Shown here piece by piece: positions 58,740 through 64,000 of a stretch of 64,000 nt of DNA. This DNA is from Iphione sp. A-MEVVRFRX5 (taxonomy: Eukaryota). The notes beneath the pieces are model-generated. The model was not told where the DNA came from. It worked only from the letters and a program-made list of their open reading frames with translations, and did not search any database. The stretch spans positions 60,884,001-60,948,000 of the forward strand of contig OZ320318.1 of NCBI GenBank assembly GCA_976226885.1. The letters run 5' to 3'. Each line of letters opens with the position of its first letter. Position 1 is the stretch's first letter. The translations under genes were made by a program, and so were the position numbers.

Positions 58740-61050
58740 CCCTTTCCTGCTTCCCAGTCTGCCCATCCTCGGTAAATATTAAGAGAGATTCTCCAAACAG
58801 CAAAATAAAACTGCTAGCGAAAGATCAAACTACTGACCATCGATACAAAAGAGAAACTCTTGCAGAAAGAGCTGCCACCATACACATTTATCTGAACAGA
58901 ATTGGACAGTGGTTGGCTACTGCCTGTACTGCAGTATGGTTCATACCAACAAATCCCACCTTTACCAAGGAAATCCACAGATATCCAAAGCAGAAAGAGC
59001 CTTCACGCTTCAAAGCTTATATGGCATCAAAGGTGTTTCCTCTGTAGCACCATTTGATGCCCTGAAGATTATCCCAAATGGGTTCACGTCTTGTTAACCT
59101 CTCCATCAATACCAAAAAGTGAGTGAGATTCTGCCCCAGTGCCAATACATAAAGATTATAGTGAAGTAGAGGTAGGAAACTACCTGTCTATTTTATTACT
59201 GCTTTTCCAGGGCAAGATGCTACAAAGGCTCGTCTAAGACAAACTTAACAAGTACTAAGAGACTAGCAACCTGTTCACAGCAAATCAAGGTGGATTCATT
59301 GGGAGACCTTCCAAAATAAGCACCTCAAAAACGTTCATCAACAGGATATGCAACAGTTTAAGGGCTTCATCAGGTAAAAGTCTTTGCCAGTTGTGTGCAC
59401 AGCATACGCTAACCCTTCTCTTTGGAGCTCAGACCAAATCAATTACAGAACAGGTATACAGAACCATGGTAAAGCAGCTTCGGAATGGTAAACCTAGTGC
59501 TTTTCTAGGATTAAAGATGGAAGTAAGTAAGGATATACTGGTGATCCTTCATAAACAGATAGTATACCTGCTGAATTACTCGTTTATGTATAAGGTAATT
59601 CCAGTTGAATGGAAAACAGCTTTGGTAACACTGATTTTCAAAGGAGGCGACAAGAGTCAAGTGACAAATTACAGACCTGTGAGTGCACTACCTGTATTTG
59701 CTAAACTACTAGAACAGGCAGTGTTTAAACAAATGATGGCATATATGGATAAATATAACTTGTTAGCAAAGGAACAGCATGGGTTCAGACCAAACAGAAG
59801 CATGGGTACAGCCATTGGGATACTGATGAACAAAATTTATTAGGGTCTGAATAATAACGAATTAGTGGGTAGTGTATATATTAATTGTAAAAAAGCTTTT
59901 GACTCTGTGAACCATGAGATAGTTTTATATAAATTGAAGCAAATAGGAATGGGCCTTGAATTAGATTGGTTTGTGAATTATCTAAAAGGACTCAAACAGA
60001 GGGTTAAAGTAAAGGGGATAATATCGTCTGAAAGGGAAATCCAGTGTGGAGTTCCACAAGGATCAACCCTAGGCCCCCTACTATTTGCCATCTTCAGTAA
60101 TGACCTTCCACAGTGCTGCATCAAATAAAAAGAACTATTGTATGCTGAAAATACGGTACTGTACATGACAGGCAGAAATTTAGCTGAATTGCAACAAAAT
60201 ATGCAGAGTGAATTGGAGGTAGTGTCAAATTGATACAAGAACAAGAGAAATTTAGTGAATGCAAAGAAGACTGAGTTAGTGCTATATGGGTCTGGTAAAA
60301 CTGACAAAGTCTTGATGCTACAAATGGATAATGTAACGCCTATATGGCATCAAAGATGTTTCCAATGTAGCACCATTTAATGCCCTGAAGATTATCCCAA
60401 ATGGGTTCATGTCTTGTTAATGTCTCCATCAATACCAAAAAGTGAGTGAGATTCTGCCACAGTGCCCATACATAAAGATTATAGTGAAGTAGAGGTAGGA
60501 AACTACCTGTCTATTTTATTACCGCTTTTCCAGGGCAAGATGGTACAAAGGCTTGTCTAAGACAAACTTAACAAGTACATATACTAAGAAACCAGCAACC
60601 TAGTCACAGCAAATCAAGGTGGATTCATGACTTTAAATGGTTGGTCAAGCAGTTTTTTATAAATAGGACTAGGAAGGAGAACTACAAAGTGTCATGAATG
60701 TATATAACTCGAATAGTGTGAGAGATCTTGAGTGAATGTGAGTAAAACGGAACTAACTGTATAATTGATTGAATGTGAGTGAGAGTTGATGCGTACATAT
60801 TCTTGCTGAGGATTGATCTATATTGGAGGGTGATATTGATATTATTATTATTAGTGTACAGGAAAACTGTATGGAGATTAAGTAATCAGATATTGTATGT
60901 TTCTCGATGTATACCAGTGATATTAAGATGTGTTGATCATTATCATGTATTCATCCATTTTCATTATTGTACTTTGATGCAGTCACCTGAACCTACATAC
61001 TGAATGTATTTTCACCCCAGGAATAAAAAAAATGTTTAAAAAAAAGAAAT
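58740..61050 (+). mobile_element. Mosaic of CR1/L2-type LINE RT fragments with a polyA-like end
   Basis: WKTALVTLIFKGGDKSQVTNYRPVSALPVFAKLLE, QHGFRPNRS, INCKKAFDSVNH, CGVPQGSTLGPLLFAIFSNDLP. A-rich end at about 61020-61050. A ~285-bp RT segment is repeated at 59018-59299 and 60341-60628. Confidence 0.85.
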
Positions 61051-61429
61051 AGTGCATAATGTAAGTAAGCCAGCAAGCACGCGATATATATAGAAATCCT
61101 GATGCCAGGTCTAGACATCACAGGGCTCCAATGCTGTGGTGTCAAGAGGCATCACCTCTAGTCAGACCTGTGGTCAGTGGTTACATAACCTACCCCCCCG
61201 ACTATTGGGACAGCTGTCTCAGCTAGCAAGGCCTATGACTAGTAGATCTCAGCTCTACATTGCTGCTTACAGCTGCAGTTTCGTTTTGTTTTTAAATTCT
61301 AATACTAATACTAATAAATGTAATGAAAATGGACTCATTTAACATCAGTAACCATGTTGTGTGTATGATTGCCTCCATAAATATACATAGGCCAAAGTAG
61401 TAATTGGGCAAAACTTCCAGTGAATTTGC

Positions 61430-61900
61430 AATTGTTTATGGAGTACCCCAAGGCTCTATTCAGAAACTTTTGTTGTTCATCGATATTTCAGTGATCTGCC
61501 TAGCGTTAGAACAGTACCTAAGCACATGTATGTAAAACCACACGAATCTATCTGAACATTTTTCGGGATATGCACAGTTGTCATTGACTTCACTGCTAAA
61601 CATCTTTATTTTTTCTTGTTAAAATCGATACTTTTATTTGCCAGTGTACGTGAGACACCACAAACAGCATTCTGTCAATCAGCTGACCCTAAATGTTAAA
61701 GAAAAGAAGTGGTAAACTGCATATCTTTGACAAGATTCAACACTATATCCGCATATGTACAAATATTACCTTGACTAAGATAATTTCTTCCTGATGGCAG
61801 CAAGAAAGGAGGTCGTCAAGAAAATTCACGCTCTCCAAAACAGTTGCCTGAGAGCCTGCTTTAGAGCATCCTTAGACTTTAGTGGTACTCTGCTGCTTTA
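61430..61900 (+). mobile_element. Old LINE RT fragment
   Basis: YGVPQGSIQKLLLFI at about 61438, followed by decayed sequence. Confidence 0.5.
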
Positions 61901-62729
61901 CCCAGCATCCCACACTAACAACTTAGGTCAGTTAATTGCCTTCCATACAGCTCACGTGTCAGTTTCAGGTTAGGTATTTCGTTTCACTTTTACCTGTCTG
62001 TTAATTATGCCTTTTGGTTTCTATCATCACTGTCACTAACCTGTGTCGACTCTTTTGACTTGTTTTTGGCTCATTTTGAGCATTTCTGGTTTGTGTTTGT
62101 TCTCCCTATCTCCAAGAAGAGTGGAGGACATTAGGAATGCTGCTGTCGATCTGTTCAACCCTCCATCATGATCATGTGAGCCATCTCTTCTAAAATATTG
62201 CATCAGATGCTTTGATTTTTAAATATGGTGTTTCTCTATAGAGACTCTTAACATTTGCTTATTTTTTATCAATCGAAGTTACTTAAAAGGTCAAATTTAT
62301 ATATTTTGACATGTGGTTCCACACACACAAATTTGCACAGTCAGTTTCTTTGGGTGAAACATGGCTAGATCTTTCTCCCACTATGTGCTACCCTGTTCTG
62401 TGGAGCCAAACTGAAACTCCAGCTGCTTTGTATTTTTTGACACCTGTGTTGCTAGGTGACCAGTATTCAGCACAAAATGTGTGCTCAACAGTTGTTGGCC
62501 AAAATGCAATGGGAGCTGGAGGGCACAGAAGGTTATCCTGGTTTCAAAATCTGTCTTATCAGGCACTATGATGGAATATACTGGGGTATGGTATTCTTGG
62601 GTATTTTATTCGTAGTTTAGGCCCCAAGGTCTCATGGTATGTAGTTGATAAATCCAGTTACACTTTATCAGGAGACTGAGGTATGCCAATTTATCCCCTT
62701 GTGGGTGACTGAGGATGAAATCAATAATA

Positions 62730-63328
62730 CAGTAGGACGCCTCCCTGCGGACACGTCTCGGAAGCGGACACGTCTCCAATGTGGACAATTTGATGCAGAA
62801 CCGACTGAGTTCCTATAGTTAACCATTATAAGCTGACGTCTCGAATGCGGACAGCCTAATTTTACACACGCCCCCCTGCGGACAGTGACTGTCGTGCGAC
62901 AATTTTTCTCACATTCCTCCAATTTTACACCTCAAGGTGGCCAACGTACCCCCATAGACCCTCAAAGAGTAGCTATTGCTTTGATTTCGCATGTGTAAAC
63001 GGTTGTTGTGCGAATTTGGGGCTTCAGAGAGGCTCCAGGAGTCATTTTCAAAGGTAGACATGAATAAACCCTGTGGACAAGGTGTTGTCGCGCGAATTTG
63101 GGGCTTCAGAGAGGCTCCAGAAGTCATTTTTCAAAGGTAGACATGAATAAACCCTGTGGACGAGGTGTTGTTGCGCAATTTGACTAGTCAAATTCAGTAG
63201 AGAGAGAGGGAGAAGGGGAAAACATTTCCAAGCTTGATCCCCCCAGTCCGATCTCCAATGCGGACGCGTCTCAAATGCGGACGGTTTGAAGCAGAACGGA
63301 GGGTGTCCGGAATTGAGAGAGTGGACTG
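62730..63328. mobile_element. pogo-like MITE with an internal ~70-bp duplication
   Basis: TA|cagtagg..cggacac ... gtgtccg..ggactg|TA; internal repeat gaatttggggcttcagagaggctccag...aaaccctgtggac occurs twice. Confidence 0.65.
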
Positions 63329-63330
63329 TA

Positions 63331-64000
63331 CGTATATCAACATCGTGAAGGCGTTTATGTCCTTTTTGAGTGAACTAAGAAGACACCACTGTTTTGCTGG
63401 ATTCTCTTTTAATATTGTAGGGATGTATTTCAAAACGTTCCTTGAGTTCATTCTTTGTTTGTCCCATCCATATATTGCATTTTGTAAGTTTTGCAGCTAA
63501 TGCAGTATATATTTGAGCTGTTGCACATGACATTTTACTTGGATTTATATATGTGACCAGTGCTGTTCCTTGTGCCTCCCATGTTTAGCAGTGGACAGTA
63601 TCTGCATTTGGATGTATGCATGTTTTTAGTCTTTTCATTTTTTCACCTTTGGGGTGAGTCTTCTTTATGGTTTCCTCATCTTTCCTTGGGGATAATTTCA
63701 CCCTTATGAGTATATTTTTGAGGTTTTGGGGTCTGCAGTATACAGTTAGTAATTTTTGGCCAGTGAGAAATCTAGTCCTTTTGGACTTTTTAAGATAGTC
63801 CCAATTTTTTCTCACTATGAGTTTTGCGTGCTCACTTCCTGTTTGGTAAGCAGTACAGAGCATGTGCACTTTCCTTTTTTTCTTTGGCTGGTTCAGAGTG
63901 TAGTAAAATGGTTCCGTCTAGCTTCAATGCCCTATCGAAAGCCTTGAGTAAGAGGGTAGCTATGCATCCCAAATTCAGTTTTTTAGCAACTTGCTAGATC
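63331..64000 (-). mobile_element. Penelope-like retroelement remnant (RT thumb/linker + GIY-YIG endonuclease)
   Basis: Minus-strand AYQTGSEHAKLIVRKNWDYL...VYCRPQNLKNILIRVKL, then NIYCISCKTYKMQY/GQTKNELKERFEIH with frameshifts and stops. Confidence 0.8.

Overview
This is AT-rich, repeat-dense animal genomic DNA, probably from an invertebrate bilaterian (inference), with five short N-gaps. Two spliced host genes can be rebuilt by hand from GT-AG sites with consistent phases. SLC26A11 (sulfate/anion transporter) lies on the minus strand: 14 coding exons from ATG 29647 down to 6880, 469 codons, with the STAS end off the left edge. SGSH (N-sulfoglucosamine sulfohydrolase) lies on the plus strand: 4 exons from ATG 40502 to 55559, with the rest not found in the window. 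They sit head-to-head, as in human. SLC26A11 intron 2 holds an apparently intact three-exon Crypton-type tyrosine recombinase gene (534 aa, all catalytic residues, TATA/CCAAT promoter, AATAAA signals). A 117-bp near-perfect DNA palindrome with a GCA-triloop core follows it, and a related free-standing 144-bp TTAA-bounded palindrome lies at 38117-38260. The rest is decayed LINEs (CR1/L2-type, RTE-X-type), a Penelope remnant, a Penelope-type hammerhead motif, a tRNA-derived SINE, PIF/Harbinger-like and Tc1/pogo-like MITEs, mini- and microsatellites. Everything comes from manual reading; no database searches were run.
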